From positions 72,406 to 136,405 of the forward strand of contig MU619239.1 of NCBI GenBank assembly GCA_025201805.1: DNA of 64,000 bases, in the 5' to 3' direction. The stretch's first letter is position 1. Each line of letters begins with the position of its first letter. Below the pieces are notes generated by a model that saw nothing but the letters and a program-made list of their open reading frames with translations, made no database searches and was not told the DNA's origin. This document shows positions 27,464 to 43,309 of the stretch, piece by piece. The stretch comes from Parasitella parasitica NRRL 2501 (lineage: Eukaryota; Fungi; Mucoromycota). Made by a program: the position numbers and the translations under genes.

Positions 27464-28186
27464 TTTGGACTGATTCTACTGAAAGATATGGAAAGGGAAG
27501 GGGTACCAGTACTCCGGGGTACCATTTCTTGGAAGAAAAGTGAAGTTCAATAGTCACATGGCTGCCTATTTTGAGTGTATTTTTATGGACAGGGCTGGGA
27601 AATCTCAAACTGCAGATGGATGGATGGAGCTCTTTTACAGCTTCTACTATGGTAGTAGATCAAGTGGGCATTCTTTGTGAGCCAACGATGAATACAATGA
27701 TGGGTCAATGAGCGTTTGAACCTGTGCATTGGATGACTAAATCACACATGAAACTGACTTTTTCGAACTGAATACATCAGACATTCTTACTCGGTTATCT
27801 TCTCCATTGTAGCAAATTGGTTTAACAACATATTTTATTTTGATACAGAGGCGTGATGTTCGAAGTTACTGATCAGTGATGCTTATTTGATAATTCACAG
27901 CTCTATTACTTTGACGTTAGAGTGGCAGGTTTATATTCAAAAATGCCTAGCTGACATGTGAGACCAAAAATATGAGCAATCAACACTGAAAACTAATGTT
28001 TGTTTCAAGGAAATGAGAAAAAATTCCAAGTTATTGAGAAAAAAAGAATGATCGGTTTGAAAGATTATAAATAATAAATGAGAAAAGTTGATAATGAATG
28101 GAGACAATGATATAATTGAACGTTAGCATTAGTGCTAAAACCCCTCTTTTTCAAGTGTTCTTATGCGGACTAACCGTCGCGAGTTT

Positions 28187-29550
28187 TTAGTATTCGAGAC
28201 GTTCATTACCATGAATTCCTATCATTGCCAAAGCGTGAATGTTGCATGAAGCGTTCACATCTCGTTGCCATGTATGTCCACAGTTTTTATAGACTAGGAC
28301 GGAATGCAAGGTAGATGCTTTCTCCGTTTATTTCTGAAATACAGTATCACTAAAAATGAATTTCTACCGTAAATGTTGCAAAAAATGAAGCTTACCTTTT
28401 AGTTGCTGACGACTCAATTGATGTTTCTGCAATCGGTGGCGTTCTTATTTTTTGCTTTCTCTCGAGCGAAACATCTGGTTTGGTACGAGCCCCCACAACA
28501 TTTTTACTGACTTGAAAATAGACATCAGAATTGCAGTTCTTTTCATAGGTCAAGTAAGTATTTATGAGCTCATCATGTACCTTTTGACAACCAATGTATT
28601 TGAGGAACTTTAACCTTCAACCGATCAAGTACTACACTCACAATATACTGATTGACCTTATTCACGTCGATGTTTTTGGCGATGATATTTCTGATTCGAG
28701 AACTTCAATTCCCTGATCCTTCTTAAACTGGCATATCCTGGCATTGGTCTTCTTGAATTCTGCTTTTACATAATACTCTGTTGATAAGAATTGCAGCGCC
28801 TGATGACGAGTGTTAGCAGACACCTCCGAACTAGAGTATACAGTACTGTCACTACCACCAACAGCCATAAAGACCTCTATTACACCAGGTCGACTCCCCA
28901 TACTTTACAGCGATTCAAATTTTCTGGTCTAAGGTCTTGTAGCGTTAATGCAGGAAGAGAATCAGTCGAAACATTTTTAAGACATATAAACGAGGATGCA
29001 AAGCCATCAGACATAAAGTTGTTTTAGAATACCCCGTACCTATAATGATAAAACTGGAACATCAGTTCTAAATCATTATACAAATAGATAAATCATAAGT
29101 GTACTGTTTTCATTTTTGAAAAATCAAAGATATTGAATTCTATTGGGTGGGATAGGCGTGTTTGAGCAAGAATTTGAGAATAGCACATAACGAGTTTTGA
29201 TCAATGCGAATGTACTTTCTAGTATATCCTAGACAAGGAACAATTGTAAATAGTCTCGTCTGATACCTCACGAGGAAAGTAAGTGGCTGAAAGCCACTAT
29301 CTCTTAGCTCTTGATCCTCCATATTCCAATTAATTTTCCATGTTACCTAACATCTTGTATAATACAGTCAAAAATATACGAAAGAATTTCATTATAGTAG
29401 CGTTGGTAATGGAATATCTGTCTATAAAGTTATCAGATGATATCACAAAGTTGCGTATCAAAATTGTATATAACCCATAGCAATATTGCTTAAAAAACAG
29501 TTGCTAGCGAGTTGCTATGCTCAATTTGGGTGTGTACATCATTGCAAGAA
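28187..29550 (-). pseudogene. Decayed Fanzor1 (eukaryotic TnpB/Cas12-like RuvC nuclease) gene from a transposon
   Basis: Minus-strand fragments in order: FLTVLYKMLGNME; RLFTIVP..Y.RKYIRID; NIFDFSK; F*NNFMSDGF..F; LPALTLQD; KVWGVD[P]GVIEVFMAV (RuvC-I, 1-bp deletion); STEYY; LESEISSPKT; LKFLKYIGCQK; LHSVLVYKNCGHTWQRDVNASCNI (Zn finger and RuvC-III). Contains stops and frameshifts. Confidence 0.82.
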
Positions 29551-29712
29551 AAACTGAAAAGAAGAGGCACAGGTAGATGAATAAATAAAAACAGAGAAAT
29601 ATACGAAGAATAGAATGGTTGTATGTGTCATTCAGAGTGTTGTCAATTTTGATACATATGAAGTCATTATTATTTTAATATAATACCAATAATACCGTTA
29701 GAAGGATTATCA

Positions 29713-30837
29713 CTAGATAGGTGCACCTTGGTAACCAGAAACCTTTGCTTTCAGCAAGTTTTCAGTAAACTCCCAAAGCTTCAAAGGAGCGTCTTCTGAG
29801 GCTGCAACACCTCGAGGCATAGCAGGATTAGCAAAAGGGACATAATATGCGCCCTTGATAGACTTTTTCTCGACATCAGGGCTCGTAGCAAGATACAGTT
29901 GAGTCAGAGCACCATCTTCGGGGGAGATCAAGAACAAATTTAAGAAAGCATTAATCATAAAGGAGGTATGGCGGTAAAGATCCGTATTGACAGTCCCGGG
30001 ATGATTAGCATTGACATATACCTGTATAATGTTTGTCAATAACTTATGATATATGTCAATATATGCCTTACATTTTGCACTTACATTTTCAACACCTTTA
30101 GCCTCGAGTCTTTTGTTTAATTCTCTGGTAAATAAAATGTTGCAAGCCTTGGATTTGCCATAGTGAATGTATTTGTTGTATGTGGAAGGGTCACTAATGG
30201 TCTCCAAGTTCAATGCCTTGAACGGCATTCTGTGGCCTATAGAACTGACGTTGATAATACGACTAGGCGCTGATTTTTCCAAGACTGGCAACAATAGCAT
30301 GGTTAAATAATAATGAGCGACATGGTTTGTAGCGAATTGCGTTTCAATGCCATCCTCAGATAATCCGAATGGGCACATCATGACACCTGCATTGTTCATC
30401 AAAATATGTAATTTACTATGACGAGCTAAGAATTGATCTGCAAATTCCTTTACGCTGGATAGTTTGAGCAAGTCCAAAGGAATGAACTCTACATTTTGGT
30501 TATCTGTCCGTGATTTAATTTCCTCGACGACCTGCATTGTCTTTTCTTTGTTACGACAAGCAAGGATTCTGTGTATGTCATTACGCTATGTCAATATGGC
30601 GAAATTAATGCTCAACGATGTTATATATTTACACTGTAGCGCCTTTTTTAGCCATTTCCAAAGCAGAAACTTTGCCAATCTATGCAAGAGACAGATGAAT
30701 TAGGCGACAACACGTATACGTAAAACGATATGACTTACACCTGTGTTGCTACCAGTGACAATGGCAATTTTTCCTTCTAAATTAGGAATCTGGTCAAATG
30801 CAAAGCTTTTCTTGGCAAAAACGTCAATTAAATCCAT
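29713..30837 (-). CDS. Short-chain dehydrogenase/reductase (RDH12/13-like), multi-exon
   Basis: IPNLEGKIAIVTGSNTGIG, ILACRN, LMNNAG, QFATNH, YGKSKACN, HPGTVNT, GALTQLY. Confidence 0.93.
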
Positions 30838-31112
30838 ATTGATAAAGGATAAACAGAAAATAAACAACAAAAAACGAAAAAGAAAAACGAAAAATCGACG
30901 AAAGGCAATTTAGCTATCGTGTTACAAATAAAATTGAGTTTTTCTTATTTTAAACGAAAGCGGTTAAAAGTCTCATTGTTCGGTAAACAAGTATGTTTTT
31001 ATTCTAGAAGAGTAGTGAGTGGAAACATGTGTATTTGTGATATATAGGAATTAAAAAAAAACAGAGGTAAATTTTCTTTGTGTGATGTGTGTGTGTATGT
31101 AAATTATATAAT

Positions 31113-34578
<3,466 letters not shown>

Positions 34579-35215
34579 TTTTCTATTATATGTATTACAA
34601 ATTGATGCAAAAGATAGAGAGAGAGAGTGCGTGTGTGTCTGATGAACAAAAAATTTGAAAAGAAAATGACCTTCTATTCTATATTTTTAGTTGTGCTCTC
34701 TGTTTCTTGAACGGCCTCTATAGGGAACCAGATAATGTAAAGAATAAAGGGATTAAAAACGAGTGCAGTGAAATTGGAAGTTGTCGAAAAAGGGAAAAAC
34801 AAGCAATTGAATTGGCGCGTGTAGAGCTTCATTTATATAGGCTTGACCCAAAGAGCAACCGCCGATTCTGCTCATAATTTAGGGAAGTGCCCAATCAAGA
34901 TGCGAAACGAATGTAGATCCTCCTTTCAAAATGTAACGTTATCCTATAAGGGCTTTTTATGATAGCGCGGAATCTTTGAGTTGGGTTCAATCTCAATAGA
35001 AAAGAGGTTTGGTGAGAACACCTGCAATCTTTTCAAGTGTTATTGTAAATAAGACTTGTCTCGTTGCCAAGCTGATATCCTCTTGTTAAACCTCAGACTT
35101 GATATAACTCTTTCAGCATGACATTCTCCATATACTGTTGTTATATTAAGCTGGGAAGGAGCTTTATTACGCATGGTTATAACGCTTTAAAGACAATAAG
35201 CTACCTGAGAAAGCG

Positions 35216-35217
<2 letters not shown>

Positions 35218-35312
<95 letters not shown>

Positions 35313-35325
35313 AAAAAAAAAAAAA
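35218..35325 (+). repeat. ~108-bp poly(A) tract (A82-G-A25)
   Basis: Read directly. Lies ~65 bp beyond the LARP1 stop and would be poly(U) in that transcript. Confidence 0.9.
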
Positions 35326-35389
35326 GGATAGTATACAAATGAAAGACAAGCTATCGAGATAGATGGTTACAAACATAAAGTTCAACAAG

Positions 35390-37893
35390 CTAGTTAGACT
35401 TTCCAGATACGCCACTCACGCTTCCATTTCTTTGTTTCTACACGGGGCAAGTACGATATTAGATTTGGGCAATCATATAAACAAACACATTGCATCTTAC
35501 GTTATGGTTGGGTACAACATATGTAATACCCTCAATTTTCTTTGGCGGTTCGGCACTTCTGAAATCCTTGATAGTTTTGTACTTGGCGAGCAACTCAGTC
35601 ATGCGTTCGTTGAAAACCAACACTCTCTTCTTCTTATCCTTGCGGTAAAAGTTGTAGGCCCAGAATTTCTCCAAGCCATACAAATGACCATTATCATAAT
35701 CATTGAGGGTGATTTCTTGGAAATCCTCAAACATATCCTTGCTGAAATGTCTTTCAAGGCCATAAGAGTAAAGACGGAAGAGACATTCAAGACCATAGCG
35801 ATAGTTATGGTTGGCATCTTCGACAGCCAGACGCTTGAATTCATTATGCATACGCTTGTTTGAGTGATCACGCAAAAAGTGCGACCAGAAACGGAACAAG
35901 GTGTTCATTTCTTGAGATTGACCAATGCCTAATTGCTTACGCTCCTTCAAGGCCTTAGCATGATACTTGTGGTACTTGTGCTGAACAAATCCCTTTTCGC
36001 GTAATAAATCGCGGCTAGGATGTTGGAAACTGGTACCAAACGAGTGAGCCATGTTATCCACAGAGGCAGACAGATTGCTGTCAGGCATGGGTGATTTGCC
36101 GAGACTTGTGGATAAAAGATCATTGGGATTAGGATGATAAGCTTCATCGCCGAGTACCCAGCCAACGTGACCCTGTTCGTCCTTCTTTGCGCCGGCAGCA
36201 CTGCCATTCATAGCAGAACGAGCCATGGAATTAGGAAGAGATTCAGCTTGAACAGGATAGAATCGAGGAGCCTTCTTCTTGGACTTGATGGGCTTAGCCT
36301 TGATGTTGGACAAGACAGACTCTCTTTGCTTGGCGCTGGCACTAAGCTGGGCGAAATGCTCAGGATCAAGGGTGCCAACCTTGGATTGATTGGGTTGATT
36401 GCCAATTCCAAGGCCACTTTCGTATTGATACAAGCCTTCGTTAATCATGTCTGAAATGTCATCATTCATCTTTGCGCGATCAAAGGAGCTGTGGGAGCGA
36501 TCCTTTTTACGCTGGGTGACAATCATGATGCGAGCCACGCTGTCATCGTCAAACTCAAAATCTTCATCATCCTCTTCGTCGTCAGAGAGGTAGTACTTCT
36601 TGACAGTGTTGGGACGACTGCCATCAGCCCATTCCTCGTCTTCGAAATCAAAGAGATCGTCTTCTTCAGCATGAGGAATATTAGGTGTGTTGGCCACTTT
36701 AGAAGTGGGGGCAGCGGTCGACTTTTTAAGAGCCAACGAAGCTAATGTAGGGACAGGCGAAGCGAGAGTAGCAGTAGGCGTCGCGTTGGCGGGTGGAGGA
36801 GTCCCATTGACAGTTGCAGTCGTTGCCAAGGAACCAGGAACAGGTAACACCCAGGTTTCCCAACCCTCTCTTTTACGCACTAGATCGCCGCTGTCTTGTT
36901 TCACTTGCAAGATTTTCGAAAGCTCGAGGGATGTGCGCACGAGAGACATGTCTGTTGTCAATCCTCGCACACGATTGAAACCAGCAATCAAAGTGATGGG
37001 CACGTAGCCATCGGTATCCATTTGGCTGCGTAAAAAGATATCTCTGCACAAATTATCGACGCTAAAGTAATACTCAATCTGTTGGCAAATGTAGGCTTTA
37101 AGTGTTTCGGGATCAACATTGTTGTTGGCTGAGGGATTGGGTCTATTAAAATAACGAGGTTGAAATCCACCACGGCCACGATTTGAGCCACGTCTCATGC
37201 CGCGACCGTTCATCTGCTGGTGATGGTGATGGTTGTTGCGCTGTTGGCGGTGTTGTTGCTGGTTGGATTCCATGGCGGGTGTGTCCTGAGTTGTACCAGC
37301 AGCCGTGTTGCCATTGCCGATTATACTGCTCTTTTCTTTTTCAGGAACAAATGTATTAGCTACTGATGATGATGAGGAGGAGAGATGGGTGGTAGGAGCA
37401 ACAGGTGTTTTCGCATTGGAAACATTCTGTTCATTGTGCGCCTGTGACGAAGCTATGGAATGATCGTTATTTGATGGTGGTGTCGATTTTCTATTGCCAC
37501 GAGAAGAATTCTTGCGTCCGTTACCACGACCACCCGTAGTAGGAGGAGGGGTAGAGTGGCTAACATTAGGGATATAGGTCTTCCATTGAACATTCTTACC
37601 AATTGACTTTGGTCGAGGCTTTTTCTCGCTGGTAGGCTCTTCTAGCGAGATGGCTTCCTTGGGTTCAGGCCAAGAAGCGTCTAGGAGCAATTATAATGAA
37701 TAAATGTGTATAGCAAGTAGTGTAGTCTTTTTATGTTACCGATTGAGTTTATTGATACAGACGTAGATGTGGTTGACTTTTTGATTTGCCATACATTGAC
37801 ATCAGGGATAGGTGCAGGAACTTTCTTGGGTACCTCTGCTGGCTTTTCAGTAAGAGTTTCTTGAGTTTTCGTATCTGTTGTTGAGTTGACCAT
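35390..37893 (-). CDS. LARP1: La-related protein 1 (La motif plus DM15 domain)
   Basis: [10 protein letters not shown]. La motif [23 protein letters not shown]15 [40 protein letters not shown]. Two introns. Confidence 0.93.
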
Positions 37894-38352
37894 ACTTTTT
37901 GCTTCTAATTAAGACAAGTTCTAATGGTTTGATAATTTACAGAGTTTTTTTTTGTGTGTTTTGTGTTTTTGTAGAGGTTTTTGTTGGTTGTTGGTTGTGA
38001 AAAAAAAAAAAAAAAAAAGATTTGAATTTATATATAGGTGATGTTCTCTTTGCTTATTTCTTTCTATTAGACAGAAAACAAAAGGAGAGAAGAAGTCGAT
38101 ATTTTGGCTTTGATGGAAACTCGAAAAAATTTCTTGTTTAAATACAATAAAGGTGGCTTATGGAAACATGCCCAGTTTTGACATTTCTCAAACATAAAAG
38201 AAGGAAAACCTTAATAACGAGAGCATAGGAGACCCCTTTATGAGAATGGCCTCCTTAAAAAATCAACATATATAAGAGAGAAATGTTGTATTTCAATTGT
38301 TCTCTTCTCCCTGTATTTCGAATAGTGAAATGACCTGTTGTCAAAAGTAAAA

Positions 38353-39176
38353 ATGAACATTTTCAATGGTTTAAATGTTTGTAACTGCGTACTAAACCAA
38401 GATTCTCCTAGGCAAAGTACAGTCTACCTTGTGTTGACAAATATTTTATTTTTCATATGTGGATGCACACTCTTAACATTTGGAATGATGGCTACACAAA
38501 TGAAGATTACTGATTCCATCTTATTTCCTGTGAATATCTTGAAGAGTAAGGCTGCGAATCTTTGCAAATCTCAATGCGAACACTGACTTTGTTGTATCTG
38601 TATGTAGTGGTGACAATCTTGGGCCTTATTTTGGTATTCACATCACTAGTTGGCATATTGGGTGGATATTACAAAGAAAGAAGAAAAATTCACATTTTGT
38701 ACATCACATTAGTTGTTGCTGCCTTTGTATACCAAATATCAATAGCAGTTATTGTATATGACGACGCCGCCCATATATCCAACTGGATGAGTAGTGCCTG
38801 GAATAACTCTACAAAAGACTACAAACTTTACGCACAAAAAAAGTTCAGTTGCTGTGGTTTCTCTAATCCAAAAGACCATTCCGTTGCCACAGCAACATGC
38901 TTTCCAGATGACATTATCAATTCTGCCCAACCCTGCTATGGACTATTGGCCGCATTCATTCGATCCAAATTATCAAACATGTACATTGCCTTGTTTACGA
39001 GCCTATCTATAGAACTGCTTGCTTTATGTAATGTAATTACACATTTATGTACCTTAAATCCAAAAAAATGGGAAGTCAGTCCCGAAGAACAATATGTGCA
39101 CCATGGCAACTACTCGGCAGACACTTTGGTAGCTTCTAATTCCACTACAATGTATTCAAAACCTAGGCAGTTTTAA
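38353..39176 (+). CDS. Tetraspanin family protein, one intron
   Basis: Four TM helices. EC2 loop with QKKFSCCGF and a downstream PC. Confidence 0.8.
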
Positions 39177-39584
39177 TTTACTCACAATACAAAGCGTCTG
39201 TAATTTTTGCTACCATACTGTTTTTGTAAATACTTGGTTTTTGTCATATATTGTTATTGTGTGTAGCTTCCCCTTGACTTGTCTTTTTTGTCTCCATGTC
39301 TCTCATCCCCCTTGATTTTCTCTCTTTTTTTGTTTTTTTTGTTATGCCTGCAAATGTGCTCCGTTGCTTAAAATAGAAATCGTCTGTGTTAGATGGACTC
39401 AACAAATGTTGTCAATAATATCCCTCCATCTTGTGAGGTATAATGTTTAAAAAAAAAAAAAACTTTAGCACAGTTTATAAGAATAAGCTTTACTATTTTA
39501 TCTAAAGTTGTGTACAAAATAAACGAGAAGAAAAAAAAAACAAAGTAACCCCCTTGATTTATACGGTACAAATATATAAACTCC

Positions 39585-40610
39585 TTACTGGTTGGGAGTG
39601 GATGTCTTCCAAAGGTGCATAATATGGTCATAAAATGAGCAAGACGCCACCAAATCAGGTTCAGAAAATGACCAATCCGCTCCGTAAGTCATTGACGTAT
39701 GATCCAAGAAGCTTGTCAGCATGTGTGCCTCACACTGATCATCTATTTCCACAACAAAGGCTCCGGCATGCATGGAAGCAGAAAGTAATCTATTTGCTCT
39801 AGTGGGATGCCATTTCAACCTCCAAATACCTCCTCCTGGTGTTTTAAATGTGCTGACTGGCTGCCTAGTAGATCTGGTATCCCAGAAATAGATCGTCTCA
39901 TCATAATTGCCTGTTGCTAGCTGATGTTCTTTATGAGGATTCGACTGCATTGTAGTTACGCCCATCATGTGCTGTTTGTAAGTAAATGTAGGTGTCTGTG
40001 TTCGAGCATCCCATCCTTTGAATAAGCCATCATCCGCACCTGAATAGACAATATTGGTGTTCCAGTAATCAAACGCTGCAATCCATACTTCTGCATCATG
40101 AGCATGCCATTGATCTTTGATGGCATATCCGCCACTGTCATCAGGAGACAGGATGTTGATGTCTCCATTTGAGTGTGATGTAACAATTCGTTTATCTGAC
40201 TTATCTAAACGACTGGCCCAGTCTAAAGACAGGCAAAGGACACTGGCATCCTCAGTCGCCTGCGTATGATCTACAAGCGTTAACTTGTCTTCTTCATCGA
40301 AACCGTACAAGTGAAATCCGCCCACTGAATCTACAATTCCCAAACACTGCTTGTCGTTGACAAGCGAATGGCTCCATTTCATGTCGAGAACAGCAGGTGT
40401 TTCAATCACTTGTTTGGGTACAAGAGGTTTCGTCACGTCAAAGAGGTAGGTTTTACCTTTCCGGATTCTGACGTTACCTCGCTGCTCATCTGTAAGCTGG
40501 TAAGTGCCTACTGCCAAATATTGTGCGCGGTCTTGAAATGGACAAAATTCGGTGGAATCAGCACTATAGACTGTGTCAAACGATGCGATAGAGGACGCTT
40601 GAACTGACAT
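39585..40610 (-). CDS. DPH7: Diphthine methyl ester hydrolase, WD40 (Dph7/Rrt2/WDR85)
   Basis: FDTVYSADSTEFCP, VGTYQL, AVLDMKW, AHDAEVWIAAF, GGGIWRLKWHP, HTSMTYGADW, SCSFYDH. Confidence 0.92.
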   Translation of the reverse strand: MSVQASSIASFDTVYSADSTEFCPFQDRAQYLAVGTYQLTDEQRGNVRIRKGKTYLFDVTKPLVPKQVIETPAVLDMKWSHSLVNDKQCLGIVDSVGGFHLYGFDEEDKLTLVDHTQATEDASVLCLSLDWASRLDKSDKRIVTSHSNGDINILSPDDSGGYAIKDQWHAHDAEVWIAAFDYWNTNIVYSGADDGLFKGWDARTQTPTFTYKQHMMGVTTMQSNPHKEHQLATGNYDETIYFWDTRSTRQPVSTFKTPGGGIWRLKWHPTRANRLLSASMHAGAFVVEIDDQCEAHMLTSFLDHTSMTYGADWSFSEPDLVASCSFYDHIMHLWKTSTPNQ

Positions 40611-40965
40611 GGTTGAAAAGAACAAATAGTAAAAAAAAAAAAAAAAGAAAAATTTTCGTTGCAAATGTGCAATAATTAAAATAACGGTATTACTCTAACA
40701 GAGAGAGAGGACATTGACTTTAATTTCTAAGCCTGTCTGATTCACTGCGTAATGGCGGTTATCACAGATCAGGAGTGTCTAATATTTTGACAGATTAATG
40801 ATATATTTGGAAGTGTCAAGTCTATATAAAGGAGACAGTGAGGAATTTTTATGATTAACGGTATTAGTGTATTGTATCATTATTAATTAATTAGGCATCA
40901 AGTAAAAAAAAAAAAAAATAACCAGACGGCGGTATCGTGATAATTATTATGTAGCATGAATAGTT

Positions 40966-42999
40966 TTACAGTGTAATTACGTTTGGATCGCCATTCTAAC
41001 AGAAAAACGGTTAGTATAGAGCCTCAAGCATCCAGTGTTACAACTTACAAATGGATGGCGCCAACCACATTGAAATTCATTCTTTTTATAAGATCTATCT
41101 AAACTCGTAGATGTATTGTAGCCGATATGGTACATTAACAATGTTTTGCTTGTGACAAGAGTCTGGCCACATTCTTTGCACTCTTGCAGGTTTCCCAGCA
41201 AGCATTGTTGAATGACAATATCTGGAGGCAAGCTTGGGTATTTTAATAATAGGCCAGAGACAAGCTTTGCGATTTTCGGTTTCAAGAACAGTCCATTGCC
41301 ACCCGTACCAACAAATACACCGCAATGTCCAGGAGATTCGATGTTGGCAGCATAAATGACACTTTCAATTTGTCGCCATTCTCTAGCTCCACACACTGGG
41401 AAATCGTCTTCTACCAAGGCAATGTAGGTGCTCTGATAATTATCTGCGGCCAAACTGAGTGCCTCTGACACATGACTTCGTTGGTCTAATTTGTCACCTT
41501 CCTCACGAATCCATCTCAGGTACCGTTGGCCTCGGTCTGTTGGCTGAAATAGTGCCTTTGCGCGATCGAACTCTAGATGTGTCGTAAAATGAGTATATAC
41601 AATGGTTTGGATGCGGTCGTAGAGTGATCCAGCTTCAGGTGCTTGCTCTGGCCAGTTTTGTAAGTAGGAATCAAGCGTGCGCGTTAAAAATGGTGGATCG
41701 CCTCTGCGCGGTGCTGTCATAATCACAAATGTAAACAAATAGCGGTCGTATGAAAGTTGATTCAATGCGGTTGAACTGACGAATCTTTCTCTGGTGTAAT
41801 AGCTGTTGCACAGCAGTAGAAAGGGCAGTATAGTGGCGACTACAAGGAGGCCTTTTCTTACGGCATTGCGTAGTGTCTTCCAAAGAGGCAAAGGCCTGAA
41901 CCTCCCGCGTGTCATATCTAGAGGCGAATCTCTGGTTTTTTCATTCAGTGATTCATCATCCCAGTGTTTGTCTTGCGCAAGCCGTGTTTGAATGATGACC
42001 ATGGCAATGAAACCTGTCAGCACTCCAGTCAATGACCACCATAAGATGTTTTTCATTGTGTAATTCACGAGACACATGGCAAACTGCAATGTCACCTTCC
42101 TCACTGTCAGCTTATTGTTGTTTCCATACATTAAGATATACTTGTCGTCGATATTGAGTGATTGTATAACGAGCAGTGCGAACAAGTACGGAGCTAGGCC
42201 TGCGTGCATTGATTGAGCAGCTTCATTAGTAAGTATAGAAACACAGGGTAAACAACAACAAACCTTGACTGCATTCATGCAGTGAATCACTGAAAAATAA
42301 GGAGGGAACTGCCCATCCTGTACTTTTTGAGAATAGATATCCAATGCCTTGACGAATTGTGCACACAGATAGTACAATTCCCGTCAACGTCTGCACAAAT
42401 CGTCGAGTGTCGCCCAACATGTGAGTCAAAGACTCTTCGAATAAGCCCAATATCAGCACGTTCCAGCCAAACATGAAAATGTTGGGCAACGAGCCTATGC
42501 AGAAGAATGGTGACAGCAGAAGATTGAAGATCTCCAATCGGTAGATGACATAAGTAGGTGAGGAACATGATAGCTGGAGGATACTGAGGAAATTCAGCAG
42601 CGAAACTATCAGGGACAGTAAGATCGTGTAGCGGGTGATGGTTGGAAGCGGCCAAAGACATAGCAATATCTGTGATTTACATTTGAGATGGCCGCTGCTG
42701 TATAATTTGATGATGGAGAACTGTTGCTGCTGTTGGAACTTGAACTTGTTTAGCTTACGAAGATGTTTCGAAGCGTAATATGAGTTCTTTCTGCCATGTT
42801 GATGTCTCTTTTTTTGTGGTTTGAAGTTAAGCGGTGCTATAGTTGCAGTTGGTATCGAGGCAAGAGTATTTGGTGATTTTGTGGCAGCTGTATTACCGCT
42901 TGATTTTATTGCGGAATCATCGTTTGTGGCTGTAGTAGAATTTGTCACTTCTTGGACTATTTTCACAGAGCCAAACATTTTGAAGAGTGTGTCTGACAT
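40966..42999 (-). CDS. Membrane protein with N-terminal derlin/rhomboid-like TM bundle and C-terminal GT-A glycosyltransferase-like domain
   Basis: LPTITRY...PTYVIYRLEIFNLLLSPF multi-TM region. C-terminal IMTAPRRGDPPFLTRTLDS, YIALVEDDFPVC and LMYHIG. Introns near 42.2 kb and 41.0 kb. Confidence 0.6.
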
Positions 43000-43178
43000 G
43001 GTTCGAAAAATGAAAGATCAACCAAAAATAATAAAAAAATAAAAAAAAAAATAAAGAGAACGAGATAAAAAGATCGACCCTTTGCTATCAAAAAGACACT
43101 ATTTCTCGTGGCACCAAATAGATAGTCTATGCTGTTACACGGGAAAACATTACAAATATTATAGCCTGTTTATTTCAC

Positions 43179-43275
43179 TCAAGAATCGTCATCAGTATCA
43201 TTGTCTTGATCTGCATCATCAGAAATGCCTTGTAATCTGATAGGCTTTAGATGCTTCAGATCTATTATTTTTTTT

Positions 43276-43309
<34 letters not shown>

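Noticed and set aside
34960-34998. tRNA-like T-arm (ttgggttcaatctcaa)
   Set aside because: The loop length is non-canonical and there is no D-arm, anticodon arm or acceptor stem.
35167-35415. Poly-Phe ORF
   Set aside because: Translation of the poly(A) tract.
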